64,000 bases of DNA, from contig CAYPLY010000001.1 of NCBI GenBank assembly GCA_964412025.1, positions 4,797 to 68,796 on the forward strand, read 5' to 3'. The position numbers were made by a program, and so were the translations under genes. Below, piece after piece: positions 40,595 through 51,269 of the stretch. The stretch's first letter is position 1. Each line of letters begins with the position of its first letter. The notes below the pieces were generated by a model. The model had not been told where the DNA came from and searched no databases. It saw only the letters and a list, made by a program, of their open reading frames with translations. This DNA is from Candidatus Woesearchaeota archaeon (GTDB taxonomy: Archaea > Nanobdellota > Nanobdellia > Pacearchaeales > GW2011-AR1).

Positions 40595-41842
40595 TTATCT
40601 CACAAACCCAACTTTCTTTAGAATTTCCGGACCCATAATTCTTCCCAATTCTCCCTTTCTGCATTCTTTTTCACAGAATTTCTTTGCAACTGGGAGATGC
40701 CTGCAATCATAAAATAAAACTGGAACCGGGTCTGCAGAATGTGATTTAAGTTTACAGGGAGTTGAATGGTCTCCTGTAACAACAATTTTTATTTTGTATT
40801 GGGGAGCAATGCTCCTCAAATATTTGAATAGAGTAATATCAATATACTCAATCATTAATTTTTTTTCAACAGGTTTGTTATCATGTCCTGGCAAATCTGT
40901 TTCTTTTATATGAATATACGCGTAGTCTGCCCTTTTGATATTTTTTTTAATTACATTCGCAGCATGCTTGCAAGCTTTGCGGAGGCCTTTCCACAAGTTT
41001 TCATATGCGTCTATCCCTGTAAGTTCAGGGTAATCAAAGGAATAATTTTTCATTCCGCAGGTATTTGCAAAACCTATTTCTAACGGCATATAGTTTGAAG
41101 AGACCCATTTTTTGTATTGTTTTAATTTAGGAGGTTCAATTCCGGCTCCTCTTACCAGCAAAAAATTTGCAGGAAGTAATCCTCTTCTTACTCTTTCAAC
41201 ATTTACTGGATGTGAATTAAGTATAAAGTATGCCTTTTCAATAAATTCATTTACAATGTTTGCACTATATTGGGAGTTTTCATCCTCATCTAATGCCCTG
41301 CATTTCATAATTTTGTTTGAAATTAAGGTCATACCTTCCATATAAGTAGTATCATTTCCGGATACGTTATCTGAAAATCCTCCTCTGAATACAAGTGCTG
41401 CTCTGTGCTGAACAGTTGGTTTGAAGGTAAATTCACATGGAAGTTTTATTTTATTAATCGCCTTTGCAAGGAGATTCGCTTCATTGGTTGTTAGAGTTCT
41501 TCCAGCTCTTCTATCAATGATGTTTCCATTTTCTAAAGAATCTATTGTACCAAAATTTACTCTAAATGCCAAGTCTCCTCTTGTTATCTTTAAATCACTC
41601 CCTCTTGCTTCTAATTGCCCTCTTGTGCTTGATATTAATTCATTTCCAAATAATGAGACTATTGCCTCATCTGATTCAGGAATGAATCCTGGTTTTACTG
41701 TATACACATATCCAAGTTGTCCTCTGGCGGCCAAGAAATCCAGATTTGGAGTTTGTGCAGCCTCTAAAGGGGTTTGTTCATTTAGGAGTTTATGTGGCAA
41801 ATCTCCTAATCCATCAAGTATTACAAATATGCCTTTCATCAT
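40595..41842 (-). CDS. apgM: 2,3-bisphosphoglycerate-independent phosphoglycerate mutase
   Basis: ILDGLGD, TPLEAAQTPNLD, DRRAGR, HIKETDLPGHD, TGDHSTP, HSADPVP. Confidence 0.92.
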   Translation of the reverse strand: MMKGIFVILDGLGDLPHKLLNEQTPLEAAQTPNLDFLAARGQLGYVYTVKPGFIPESDEAIVSLFGNELISSTRGQLEARGSDLKITRGDLAFRVNFGTIDSLENGNIIDRRAGRTLTTNEANLLAKAINKIKLPCEFTFKPTVQHRAALVFRGGFSDNVSGNDTTYMEGMTLISNKIMKCRALDEDENSQYSANIVNEFIEKAYFILNSHPVNVERVRRGLLPANFLLVRGAGIEPPKLKQYKKWVSSNYMPLEIGFANTCGMKNYSFDYPELTGIDAYENLWKGLRKACKHAANVIKKNIKRADYAYIHIKETDLPGHDNKPVEKKLMIEYIDITLFKYLRSIAPQYKIKIVVTGDHSTPCKLKSHSADPVPVLFYDCRHLPVAKKFCEKECRKGELGRIMGPEILKKVGFVR

Positions 41843-41938
41843 AATATAATAGAGCGCCCTTTCTTTATAAAAATTTAGATTAGAAGCTTAAACCTGTTAA
41901 ACCAAAACCTTAATAACTAATTATTTGCTTTAAAAAAC

Positions 41939-43189
41939 ATGTTTGGAAAACTTAAGGAAAAGTTAAAAAGTTGGACACAGGGAATAATAAAAAAGGCAGT
42001 TGTAGAAGAAGTTGAGGAAGTTGCAAAGAAGGAAAAGTCCAAAAAGAGTGAAAAATCTGTTAAGGAAAAGAAGGAAACTAAGGTTAAGGAAATATCTAAA
42101 AAAGAGAAGAAAGATAGCAAGATAAAGAATAAAGGAGCTGAAGAGATAATTCAAGAGATTGAAAAAAAAGAGAAAGCTAAGGAAGAGATAAAGCCAATAG
42201 AGGAACACGAATATATTGAACCTGCTCCAAAAGTTTTTGATAAGGAAGAAAGAGAGATAAGTGAGAAGGTAATAAAAGATATAAAAGTAGAAGAAGAGGA
42301 GAAAAAAGGATTCTTCAAAAAAATATTTTCAGGTATAAATAAAGTACAAATATCAGATGAGGATTTCGACTCATATTCTGGTGATTTAGAAATGATTTTG
42401 CTTGAGAATAATGTTGCACTTGAAGTTTCAGATAAGATAATTAATCAGCTTAGAAAGAATTTGGTTGGTAAAGAATTTCTAAAAAAAGAGATAGAGGGAC
42501 AGATAAGAGAATCTCTTAAGGATATAATTTATAATATACTCATAGAGCCCTTTGATGTTATTGAGAAGATAAAAGACAAAAAGTTGTCAGAAAAAAAGCC
42601 TTTTGTTATTCTTTTTTGTGGCATTAATGGTACTGGAAAGACAACCAGTATTGCTAAGCTTGGAAATATGCTTAAAGATAAAAAACTATCCTGTGTGTTT
42701 GCTGCAGGAGATACGTTCAGGGCAGCTTCAATAGAACAATTAAAAAAACACGGTTCTAAACTGAATATAGAAGTTATAGCTCACGAGTATGGTTCTGATC
42801 CAGCTTCTGTTGGTTTTGATGCAATAAAATATGCTGAAAAAAATCATATAGATGTTGTTTTAATTGATACTGCTGGAAGGATGCATACTGAAAAAAATCT
42901 GATGGCGCAGATTGAAAAGGTCGCAAAAGTTTGTAATCCTGATTTGAAGATCTTTGTAGGAGAGAGTATAACGGGTAATGATATAATTGAACAGATTAAA
43001 TCGTTTAATCAATCCGTTAAAATAGACGGAATAATCTTAAGCAAGGCAGATATTGATGAAAAGGGAGGAACTGCTTTGAGTGTAGGATATACAACAGAGA
43101 AACCTATTTTGTATCTTGGAGTGGGTCAGGAATATAAAGATTTACAGAAATTTGATAAGAATAAGTTTGTCGAGAGTTTGGGTTTGTAA
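41939..43189 (+). CDS. ftsY: SRP receptor FtsY
   Basis: K/E-rich N-terminus, GINGTGKTTSIAKL, DTFRAA, DTAGR, KADIDEKGG, GVGQEYKDL. Confidence 0.96.
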   Translation: MFGKLKEKLKSWTQGIIKKAVVEEVEEVAKKEKSKKSEKSVKEKKETKVKEISKKEKKDSKIKNKGAEEIIQEIEKKEKAKEEIKPIEEHEYIEPAPKVFDKEEREISEKVIKDIKVEEEEKKGFFKKIFSGINKVQISDEDFDSYSGDLEMILLENNVALEVSDKIINQLRKNLVGKEFLKKEIEGQIRESLKDIIYNILIEPFDVIEKIKDKKLSEKKPFVILFCGINGTGKTTSIAKLGNMLKDKKLSCVFAAGDTFRAASIEQLKKHGSKLNIEVIAHEYGSDPASVGFDAIKYAEKNHIDVVLIDTAGRMHTEKNLMAQIEKVAKVCNPDLKIFVGESITGNDIIEQIKSFNQSVKIDGIILSKADIDEKGGTALSVGYTTEKPILYLGVGQEYKDLQKFDKNKFVESLGL

Positions 43190-43191
43190 AA

Positions 43192-43554
43192 TTAGTTTTC
43201 AGTGAGTTTACCTAGAGATTCTGCTTTAATGTTATTTATTTTTCCTTCAAGGTTTCTATCATAAAAATTTCTGAAATTGTCTTCGCTAAAATTTACTTCT
43301 TTTCTTGATAAATAATTTATATAAAAAATGGGATATGAACTTATGAATGTTTCTGTGCCAACATCGTCAACTCCTTCCGGAGGAGATATTTTCTCTGAAT
43401 AAATATCAGGTATTACCTGGAGGGATAAAATATTCCCTCTTGACCTGTAAACTTTTTTATAAAATGCATGGATTAATTCCTGATTATATATTGAATCATT
43501 GCTATCCGATTTAATTACCTTTGTCCAAATCCTCTTTTTATCGAAAACACGCAT
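43192..43554 (-). CDS. Hypothetical protein
   Basis: 120-aa ORF with TATA-like upstream sequence; no motif. Confidence 0.5.
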   Translation of the reverse strand: MRVFDKKRIWTKVIKSDSNDSIYNQELIHAFYKKVYRSRGNILSLQVIPDIYSEKISPPEGVDDVGTETFISSYPIFYINYLSRKEVNFSEDNFRNFYDRNLEGKINNIKAESLGKLTEN

Positions 43555-43610
43555 AGAATAATATTATAATTTTAACTTAAATATATTTATATTCTAGATT
43601 TTATTAATTA

Positions 43611-43691
43611 CGCCGGAACCAGGAATCGAACCTGGAAATCCTTGCGGATCACGATTTCCAATCGTGTGGAGTACCATTGTCCCATTCCGGC
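43611..43691 (-). tRNA. tRNA-Ser(GGA)
   Basis: GCCGGAA/TTCCGGC, CACGA-TTGGAAA-TCGTG, ATCC-GCAA-GGAT variable arm, CCAGG-TTCGATT-CCTGG, G73. Confidence 0.95.
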
Positions 43692-43775
43692 ATATAAGAC
43701 TCTAGGGGAGAGTATTTTAAAATGTATTTCTAATTTGCTAAATTGTTATAAACAAACCCTTTTTCTAGTGATTTA

Positions 43776-44246
43776 ATGGATAATCTTGAGATAATAGAGG
43801 ATATCTTTAATAGAACTAGATCAATTACTAAGTTAATTATTCCAAATCAAGAAAACCTCCAGATTGTTTCTATAATGAATTATTTTCTTGTAACATCTCT
43901 TTATTTAAATGGGCGCAGGGAAGTTAGTAAATTTAAGAAAAATTGGACAGAAATTAGTAACCAGCTTAAACAGGGTATAGATAAAAATATTTGGAGAGAG
44001 TATTACAATTCAATTCATAATAATGTTAATAGCAGATTGACTCATGAGGAGGTTTCTTATAATGAACTTGCTAACTTTTATCAGAATATCTTTTTGAGAA
44101 TGTATGGAGAGGCCAAGATGAAGTATGATTCTTATTATAAGAATTTTGGAGATAGAAGAAGGGAACATTATGAGTATATCTTTAGTACAAACGCAAGGTT
44201 TGAAGAAGCATTAAGTAATGGAGATCCGGCTGCTTTTTGTGATTAA
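43776..44246 (+). CDS. Hypothetical protein
   Basis: 156-aa ORF, TTATAAA about 30 nt upstream; no motif. Confidence 0.55.
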   Translation: MDNLEIIEDIFNRTRSITKLIIPNQENLQIVSIMNYFLVTSLYLNGRREVSKFKKNWTEISNQLKQGIDKNIWREYYNSIHNNVNSRLTHEEVSYNELANFYQNIFLRMYGEAKMKYDSYYKNFGDRRREHYEYIFSTNARFEEALSNGDPAAFCD

Positions 44247-44304
44247 ATTTTTAATATATTTACTAAACCACAAATTTATTAACCCTAAATAAACTCGTTT
44301 TAGT

Positions 44305-45687
44305 ATGTTAGAGAAGTTAGGAGATGCATTAAGGAAAGCAAGAGATAAACTAGCTAATGCTCTTTTTCTAGATAAGAATGTTGTTGAGAGTGTAGTTAAA
44401 GATTTGCAAAGGGCTTTAATTGAAGCAGATGTAAATATACTTCTTGTAAAAGAGATATCTGATAAAATAAAGAAAGCGGCTTATGATGAAAGAATAAAAG
44501 AAATCGATAAAAAAGAACATGTAATTAAACTTCTTCATGACGAATTAGTAAAAATTCTTGGAGAGCATAAAACTTTGGAATTGCCTTCAGGGAAGCAGTC
44601 TAGAATAATGTTTTTGGGACTGTATGGAGCGGGAAAGACAACTACTATTGCAAAGATTGGTAACTGGTATGCAAAGAGAGGAAAAAAAGTAATTCTTGTC
44701 GGTTTAGATGTCCATAGGCCAGCTGCAAAAGAACAGCTGGAACAGCTTGCTAAGAAAAATAATATTCCCTATTTTGTAGATTTTGATGAAGCAGATGCAG
44801 TTAAGACTTGGAAAAAGTTTGAGAAAAAACAGGATTTAAAAAAATATGATTTAATACTTGTAGATACTGCAGGGAGACATACTTTAGATAAGGATTTAAT
44901 AAAGGAGATAAAGGAGTTAAATAAAGAGATAAAACCCACAGAAACAATTTTGGTTATGCCCGCAGATATTGGACAGGCTGCAAAGAAACAAGCGAGTGAA
45001 TTTCAAGAGGCATTAAAGATTTCTGGAGTAATAATTACTAGAATGGATTCTACAGCTAAAGGAGGGGGAGCTTTAACCGCCTGTGCAGAAACAAAAGCAG
45101 GAGTATATTATATAACTACAGGAGAGAAGATAAATGATATAGAAGAGTTTAATCCTGAAAGTTTTCTTTCTAGACTTTTAGGGATGGGAGATTTACAGGC
45201 GCTTATAGATAAAATTCGCTCAGTTACAGATGAGAAAAATCAGGAAAAAATGCAGAAGAAGCTTGAAGAGGGAAAACTTTCTCTGGAAGATGTAATTGAA
45301 CAGGTAAAATCTATGAATCAACTTGGAGGATTTGATAAGATAAAGGGGATGATTCCTGGGTTTGGTAAAGCAAAGATTCCTGAAGGGATGTTGGATAGTC
45401 AACAGGAGAAGATTGCTAAGTGGGAACATATTTTGAAATCTATGACTTTAGAGGAAAGAGAAAACCCAGAATTGTTTGATAAACAAACCTCAAGAATAGG
45501 GAGAGTTGCAAAGGGTGCAGGAGTCAATAACAGCGATATTAGGGCTTTGCTCAAACAATATAAGATGCTTCAGGATTTGATTAAGGGAGGAGTTGAGAAT
45601 ATGGATATGTCCAAGGGTTTCTCTCAAAAACAAATGCAAAAAATGATGAAGAATTTTGGAAAGAAAAAGATGATGAAATTTAGATAA
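44305..45687 (+). CDS. srp54: Signal recognition particle protein SRP54
   Basis: GLYGAGKTTT, DTAGRH, AKGGGAL, SRLLGMGDL, Met-rich M domain. Confidence 0.97.
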   Translation: MLEKLGDALRKARDKLANALFLDKNVVESVVKDLQRALIEADVNILLVKEISDKIKKAAYDERIKEIDKKEHVIKLLHDELVKILGEHKTLELPSGKQSRIMFLGLYGAGKTTTIAKIGNWYAKRGKKVILVGLDVHRPAAKEQLEQLAKKNNIPYFVDFDEADAVKTWKKFEKKQDLKKYDLILVDTAGRHTLDKDLIKEIKELNKEIKPTETILVMPADIGQAAKKQASEFQEALKISGVIITRMDSTAKGGGALTACAETKAGVYYITTGEKINDIEEFNPESFLSRLLGMGDLQALIDKIRSVTDEKNQEKMQKKLEEGKLSLEDVIEQVKSMNQLGGFDKIKGMIPGFGKAKIPEGMLDSQQEKIAKWEHILKSMTLEERENPELFDKQTSRIGRVAKGAGVNNSDIRALLKQYKMLQDLIKGGVENMDMSKGFSQKQMQKMMKNFGKKKMMKFR

Positions 45688-45864
45688 ATTTTTAATATTA
45701 TTTTCTTTCATTAAATTTAATAATTATCTGCCACAGCATATTTATAATTAAGTGCAATAAGTTAAACCCTGTTTGATTTTACCTTGATAAATATAATATT
45801 ATAATTGTAATAATTTCTCCTGAAATCTTTTTTAAAGAATACAAAATATTTATTAATATTTTTC

Positions 45865-47016
45865 TTACTTCTCAATCTTTTCAATCTTATCCAAGTTTTG
45901 AGAAGCTTCGATTAAATTTGAGAGCTTTTTTGAAGGTTCTCCCATACTTAAGATTACGTATTTTAAGCCTAGTTGGGAGGCTTTCTTGTTTGCATTTATT
46001 ATGTCTGTATCCAATATTTTTCTTTTGTTATATGCAACAAGGAGTTTTTCTGAACCCTCTGATTTTATTTTTAGATGTATTTCGTTTTTATTGAAACTCT
46101 CTATATTAATTATCTCAATAGTTTCTTTTGATAGGAACTCTTTTATTTTATTGAAAAATTTATCGTCTTGCTTTTGCGTTGCTGAAGGTTTCTTTTTTGT
46201 TGCTTTTTCTTGTTTGTATTTTGTTTTAGATTTGTTTTTTTCTGTTTTTTCTTTGGATATTTTTTCTTTCTTTCTTTCTTGAGAGAGTTCTTCTTTTTTT
46301 TCTACATCTTTAGGCTTTTCTTTAACTGGTATCTGTAATAATGCTTCTTCTTTATTTTCTTTTTCATATTCAGTTACTTCTTGTTTTATTTCTTCTTTTT
46401 CTTGAATTTCTTCTTCCTTGATTTCTTCTTCAATTTCTTTTTCCTTCTCGAGATCTTCTTTTTCTTTTCTTATTTTTTCTATTTCTTTTATATCAATATC
46501 TTTAATCATCTTTTCCCCTATCTTTCTTTCTTCTTCACTGAATGCTTTTGGTTTTGCCTGTACAAACTCATGTTCTTCTATGGGTTTGAAGTCATTTTTG
46601 TATTCAGACTCTTTTGAAGTAAAGTATCTCCATATTATTTGGTTATCTTTTCTGAAAGGCACCGCAAAATCTTTTATCTCTCTTAGAGCAACTCTTATCG
46701 CGGGAGGTTGTTCAAAATCTCTAAGGAATCTTTTTTCCTGGAGTAAAATGAATGCTTCTTTTTCTTTACTTTTTAGGTAGTTTCCGAATTTTTCTAATTG
46801 TGGTTCTTGTCCTGGGATATAATATATTGGAGAATTTCCAACTCTCATATGGCTTAATTTTATTTGTCTATCTGAAAGGAGTTCAGATAAGAAAGCAGAA
46901 GCAAAAAGCATGCTTATTCCGGTATCCTGAGAGATGTAAACAGGTAAAGTTGGACCTTTTATTCTAAGTATTGAAAGAATCTTCTCTTTTATTTTTGAGG
47001 CGTCTTGAGTGGGCAT
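45865..47016 (-). CDS. Hypothetical protein with N-terminal winged-HTH-like region and K/E-rich linker
   Basis: KILSILRIKGPTLPVYISQDTG..MLFASAFLSEL...VGNSPIYY. Confidence 0.7.
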   Translation of the reverse strand: MPTQDASKIKEKILSILRIKGPTLPVYISQDTGISMLFASAFLSELLSDRQIKLSHMRVGNSPIYYIPGQEPQLEKFGNYLKSKEKEAFILLQEKRFLRDFEQPPAIRVALREIKDFAVPFRKDNQIIWRYFTSKESEYKNDFKPIEEHEFVQAKPKAFSEEERKIGEKMIKDIDIKEIEKIRKEKEDLEKEKEIEEEIKEEEIQEKEEIKQEVTEYEKENKEEALLQIPVKEKPKDVEKKEELSQERKKEKISKEKTEKNKSKTKYKQEKATKKKPSATQKQDDKFFNKIKEFLSKETIEIINIESFNKNEIHLKIKSEGSEKLLVAYNKRKILDTDIINANKKASQLGLKYVILSMGEPSKKLSNLIEASQNLDKIEKIEK

Positions 47017-47064
47017 TATTTTAGAAAAGTCTTACGGATTATAAACATTTATGTTTGTATCTTT

Positions 47065-47589
47065 TTATGTTTTAACCCAACTTACTTCGTAATAAGAAAC
47101 ATCTGATTCTTCATCAATTATTGCTAAAAGTAGATTCTTTTTTGTAGAATGCGCTACCCTATTTTTTGCAGCAAACTCGTGCCAGGAGAATTTTTTTGAT
47201 TCATGTTCACAGAAAACAATCCATTTAGCATGTTCTTCATCCGGGGTTGTTCCTTTTTCATATACTCTGAAATCAGCTCCAAATTTAAGTGCAGTTTTTA
47301 GTACATATCCTTTGTCACGTAAATCTCTAAAAACGGGATATTTTAATTGAATTCTGCTGTCTATCTTTTTGAATATCCTTAAAATCTCTTCAAAATTAAG
47401 TATCTTGTTTGATTTTTTTATTTGTATTTTGTTTTTCTCAAGAAGATAAAGAGCTTCAACCAGAGAATATTGTATTTTTTGTCCCACTGGCTGTCCAAAA
47501 TTGGACTTTTTGTAGAGTGTAAATGCCTCAGATTCGTTTGTTGAGACAATTTCTCCTATTAAATAGGTATTTATTTTCTCCATGTTCAT
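47065..47589 (-). CDS. endA: tRNA-intron endonuclease (short, alpha4-size)
   Basis: SLVEALYL, LRDKGYVLKTALKFGADFRVY...H, RVAHSTKK (Y/H/K triad). Confidence 0.95.
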   Translation of the reverse strand: MNMEKINTYLIGEIVSTNESEAFTLYKKSNFGQPVGQKIQYSLVEALYLLEKNKIQIKKSNKILNFEEILRIFKKIDSRIQLKYPVFRDLRDKGYVLKTALKFGADFRVYEKGTTPDEEHAKWIVFCEHESKKFSWHEFAAKNRVAHSTKKNLLLAIIDEESDVSYYEVSWVKT

Positions 47590-47635
47590 GTTATGTTAGG
47601 AGAATATTTAAAAGTTCCTGATTAATTACTTAATT

Positions 47636-50131
47636 ATGGTCAAACCGGTTGAAACTGTGGAGAATAAGGAATTTAACTTTCATGTAATAGAGCAGAAATG
47701 GCAGAAGAAATGGGAAAAAGAAAAAATATTTCAGGTTAGTGAGAAATCAAAAAAACCGAAATATTATGTTTTAGAGATGTTTCCTTATCCATCTGCTGCA
47801 GGATTGCATATGGGTCATGCTTTGAATTATACGATAGGAGATATTCATGCAAGATTTAAGAGAATGAATGGATTTAATGTTCTTTATCCTATGGGATATG
47901 ATGCATTAGGGTTGCCTGCAGAGAATGCTGCAATTAAAGAAAAAACCCATCCTGAAGATTACACAAATAAATCTGCTGCTAACTTTATGAACCAGCAGAA
48001 AACTCTGGGATTTAGTTATGATTGGTCAAGGATGGTTAATACTTCTTATCCCGATTTTTATAAGTGGGATCAGTGGATATTTCTGAAGATGTTAGAGAAA
48101 GGAATTGCATACCGAAAGAAATCTCCGGTTAATTGGTGTAATAAATGTCAGACTGTTCTTGCAAATGAGCAAGTTCACAATGGAAAATGCTGGAGACACG
48201 AAGATACAGAGGTTGAGATAAAACATCTTGAACAATGGTTCTTTAAGATTACAGATTATGTTGAAGAGATTTTAGATAATATTGATGGTTTAGATTGGCC
48301 ATCAAAAACAAAACTTATGCAAAAGAATTGGATAGGTAAATCTTATGGTACTGAAATTGATTTTGAAATAAATGGCAGGAAATGGCCTGTATTTACAACG
48401 CGCCCAGATACTTTATTTGGGGTTACTTTTATGGTTATTTCTGCACAACATTCCAAATTGTTTGATTTAGTTACAGATAAACAAAAGAAAGAGGTGGAGA
48501 AATTTTTGAAGAGATTAAAATCTGTTAGTGAGAAGGAATTGGAAGATATGGAAAAGGAGGGAGTTTTTACAGGAAGCTATGCAACCAATCCTATTACTAA
48601 GGAAAAGATTCCTGTTTATGCTGGAAATTTCGTTATTTCGGATTATGGTTCAGGAATGGTTATGGCTGTTCCGGCTCATGATCAGAGGGATTTCGAATTT
48701 GCAAGGAAGTATAATATTCCAATTAAAGTTGTTATTGATCCTGTTGGTCAAGAGATAGAAGTTCCTAAAAAAATGACTCACGCTTACACAGAAAAAGGAA
48801 ACTTGATAAATTCAGGAGATTTTAATGGGATAATTAATGAAGACGCGAAAGAAAAGATTACAGAATTTTTAATGAAAAAGAAGTTGGGAAAGAAGGTTGT
48901 TCAATTTAAGTTGAGAGATTGGTTAGTCTCAAGGCAAAGATATTGGGGAACTCCAATACCTGTTGTTTATTGTGAAAAGTGTGGGATAGTTCCTGTAAAT
49001 GAAAAGGATCTTCCTGTTAAGTTGCCTAGAGAGGTTAAGTTTGGAGAAGGTAATCCTTTATTAACAAATGAGAAATGGATAAATACTAAATGTCCAAAAT
49101 GTAATTGTAAGGCAAAAAGAGAAACAGATACTATGGATACTTTTGTTAACTCTTCCTGGTATTTTTTAAGATATTGCGACCCAAATAATACTAAAGAAAT
49201 ATTTGATAAAAATAAGGTTAAATCCTGGATGCCCGTTGATCAATATATCGGTGGTGCAGAGCATGCTTGTATGCATTTAATTTATTGTAGATTTTATACT
49301 AAATTTTTAAGGGATTTAGGACTTTTGAATTTTGATGAACCAGTTAAAAAATTATTTCATCAGGGGATGCTTCATGGGGCAGATGGTAATAAAATGTCTA
49401 AAAGTCTAGGGAATGTTATTGATCCTTTAGATATAACTAAGAATTATAGCGCAGATTCTTTGAGATTAGCTTTAATGAGTTTTGCGTCTCCAGATTCAGA
49501 TACTAATTGGGATGAGAAAGTTTTGATTGGCAGTCATAGGTTTTTATCTAAATTATATGAATATTTTGGCAAAGTTAAGATTATTAAAACTTCCAATCCC
49601 AAGATAGAAAACAAAATTAATAAAATAATTAAGGAAGTAACAAATCAAATTGAGAATTTCAAATATAATCTAGCTATAATTAAAATTAGGGAATTATTCA
49701 ACTCGTTACCTGAAGAGTGTCCAAAAGATATTTTGGAAAAGAGTTTGAAGTTATTACATCCATTTTGTCCGCACATTACGGAGGAGTTATGGGAGAAGAT
49801 AGGAAATAAAATTTTTATAAGTCTTGCGAGTTGGCCTGAAGTTGATGAGAAAAAGATTGACGATAAGTTTGATAAACAGGAAGAGGCTATGGAGAAAATT
49901 GTTTCTGATATATTGAATATATACAAAATAGTAGAATCAAGAGGAGAGAGGAAAAATAAAGTTTATGTTTATGTTCTTCCAAATGAAAAAGAGTTTTATG
50001 ATGTATCTGAGATAAGTACAAGAGTAGGTAAGGAAGTAAATATTTTTGCTGTAAATGATTCAAAAAAATATGATCCTAATGGTATTTCAAAGAAATCTAA
50101 GCCAGGGAAACCTGGGATATATATGGAATAA
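47636..50131 (+). CDS. leuS: Leucyl-tRNA synthetase (bacterial-type core)
   Basis: MFPYPS..LHMGH, GLPAENAA, SRQRYWGTPIP, KMSKS. Confidence 0.97.
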   Translation: MVKPVETVENKEFNFHVIEQKWQKKWEKEKIFQVSEKSKKPKYYVLEMFPYPSAAGLHMGHALNYTIGDIHARFKRMNGFNVLYPMGYDALGLPAENAAIKEKTHPEDYTNKSAANFMNQQKTLGFSYDWSRMVNTSYPDFYKWDQWIFLKMLEKGIAYRKKSPVNWCNKCQTVLANEQVHNGKCWRHEDTEVEIKHLEQWFFKITDYVEEILDNIDGLDWPSKTKLMQKNWIGKSYGTEIDFEINGRKWPVFTTRPDTLFGVTFMVISAQHSKLFDLVTDKQKKEVEKFLKRLKSVSEKELEDMEKEGVFTGSYATNPITKEKIPVYAGNFVISDYGSGMVMAVPAHDQRDFEFARKYNIPIKVVIDPVGQEIEVPKKMTHAYTEKGNLINSGDFNGIINEDAKEKITEFLMKKKLGKKVVQFKLRDWLVSRQRYWGTPIPVVYCEKCGIVPVNEKDLPVKLPREVKFGEGNPLLTNEKWINTKCPKCNCKAKRETDTMDTFVNSSWYFLRYCDPNNTKEIFDKNKVKSWMPVDQYIGGAEHACMHLIYCRFYTKFLRDLGLLNFDEPVKKLFHQGMLHGADGNKMSKSLGNVIDPLDITKNYSADSLRLALMSFASPDSDTNWDEKVLIGSHRFLSKLYEYFGKVKIIKTSNPKIENKINKIIKEVTNQIENFKYNLAIIKIRELFNSLPEECPKDILEKSLKLLHPFCPHITEELWEKIGNKIFISLASWPEVDEKKIDDKFDKQEEAMEKIVSDILNIYKIVESRGERKNKVYVYVLPNEKEFYDVSEISTRVGKEVNIFAVNDSKKYDPNGISKKSKPGKPGIYME

Positions 50132-50165
50132 TCAGGTTTTTATATCCTGATTTTCTATTTAATTT

Positions 50166-51266
50166 ATGGATGATAATAGAGGTGCGTCTCCTGGTTTTTA
50201 TAGGAAGATAAGATTTTCTCCCTATAAGAAATATCTCATATTGACTATTCTTGTTTTATTCTTGTTTTTTCTTTTCTCTGGGGGCTTTGGTTTTGTTCAG
50301 TCTCCGGAGGAGGAGATTTCTTTTTTGGATGATGGTTTATGTGGGGACGATACCCCTGAGAATACCTGTTCTGACGTTAAGCCATATTTTTGTAAGGAAG
50401 GTATATTAATTGAGATGGCTTCTGTTTGTGGATGTCCAGAAGGATTTGGAACAAATAAAAATATTTGTTTTTCAAATTATAATACTGGATATAAAAATAT
50501 CAGATTAAATTATACTCTTAAGGGAGAGAATGGCTTTATTGATTTTGCAGTATATGATGGTTTTAGAAATTATATCTCTTCTATCCCTCGCTCAATAGTT
50601 TATTTCTCTAATGGAAATTCTTCTAGGGCAGATTTTACTTTAAAGGCAATAAATGAGGAAGAACAAAGGAAATTCCTTATGCCTCTTGTAATTATAATAC
50701 AAAATATAACGGATAATAAAGATGATCAGATGAGAATTGCAATAAGTATTGTTCAAAATATTCCTTTTGGGGCATCAAATAAGACAGCTTATTTTGGGGT
50801 TAACAAAATTAACTATTCTAGATATCCTTATGAGGTTCTTTATGATATGCAGGGAGTTTGTGGGGAGAAGACTGATTTATTGGCATTTTTCCTGAGGGAG
50901 TTAGGATATGGAACTTCATTTTTTTACTATGCAGATGAAAATCACGAAGCATTGGGTTTAAAATGTCCTATAGAAGAGAGTTTAAGTAAAAGCGGGTATT
51001 GTTTTGTTGAGACAACCGGACCTTCTATAATAACAGATAACAAAATATCTTATGTAGGAGTTGGAAAACTATTCTCTGAACCAGAGATTTATTTTATAAA
51101 TTATGGAGAGTCAATTAGTTTTAATCTTGATGAATATGAAGATGCGGATAAATTAATTCAGATAAGAAATTCTGCTGAGAAAACAGGGTTTATAGGTCCT
51201 ATAAATAAGATGAATTTGGAAAAGATTAAGAAAAAGTACGGCCTGGCAGAAAGGTATTACGGATAG
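50166..51266 (+). CDS. Membrane-anchored transglutaminase-like cysteine protease-family protein
   Basis: N-terminal TM, Cys-rich segment, RYPYEVLY..GVCGEK, NHEALGL, YCFVETT. Confidence 0.75.
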   Translation: MDDNRGASPGFYRKIRFSPYKKYLILTILVLFLFFLFSGGFGFVQSPEEEISFLDDGLCGDDTPENTCSDVKPYFCKEGILIEMASVCGCPEGFGTNKNICFSNYNTGYKNIRLNYTLKGENGFIDFAVYDGFRNYISSIPRSIVYFSNGNSSRADFTLKAINEEEQRKFLMPLVIIIQNITDNKDDQMRIAISIVQNIPFGASNKTAYFGVNKINYSRYPYEVLYDMQGVCGEKTDLLAFFLRELGYGTSFFYYADENHEALGLKCPIEESLSKSGYCFVETTGPSIITDNKISYVGVGKLFSEPEIYFINYGESISFNLDEYEDADKLIQIRNSAEKTGFIGPINKMNLEKIKKKYGLAERYYG

Positions 51267-51269
51267 TGT

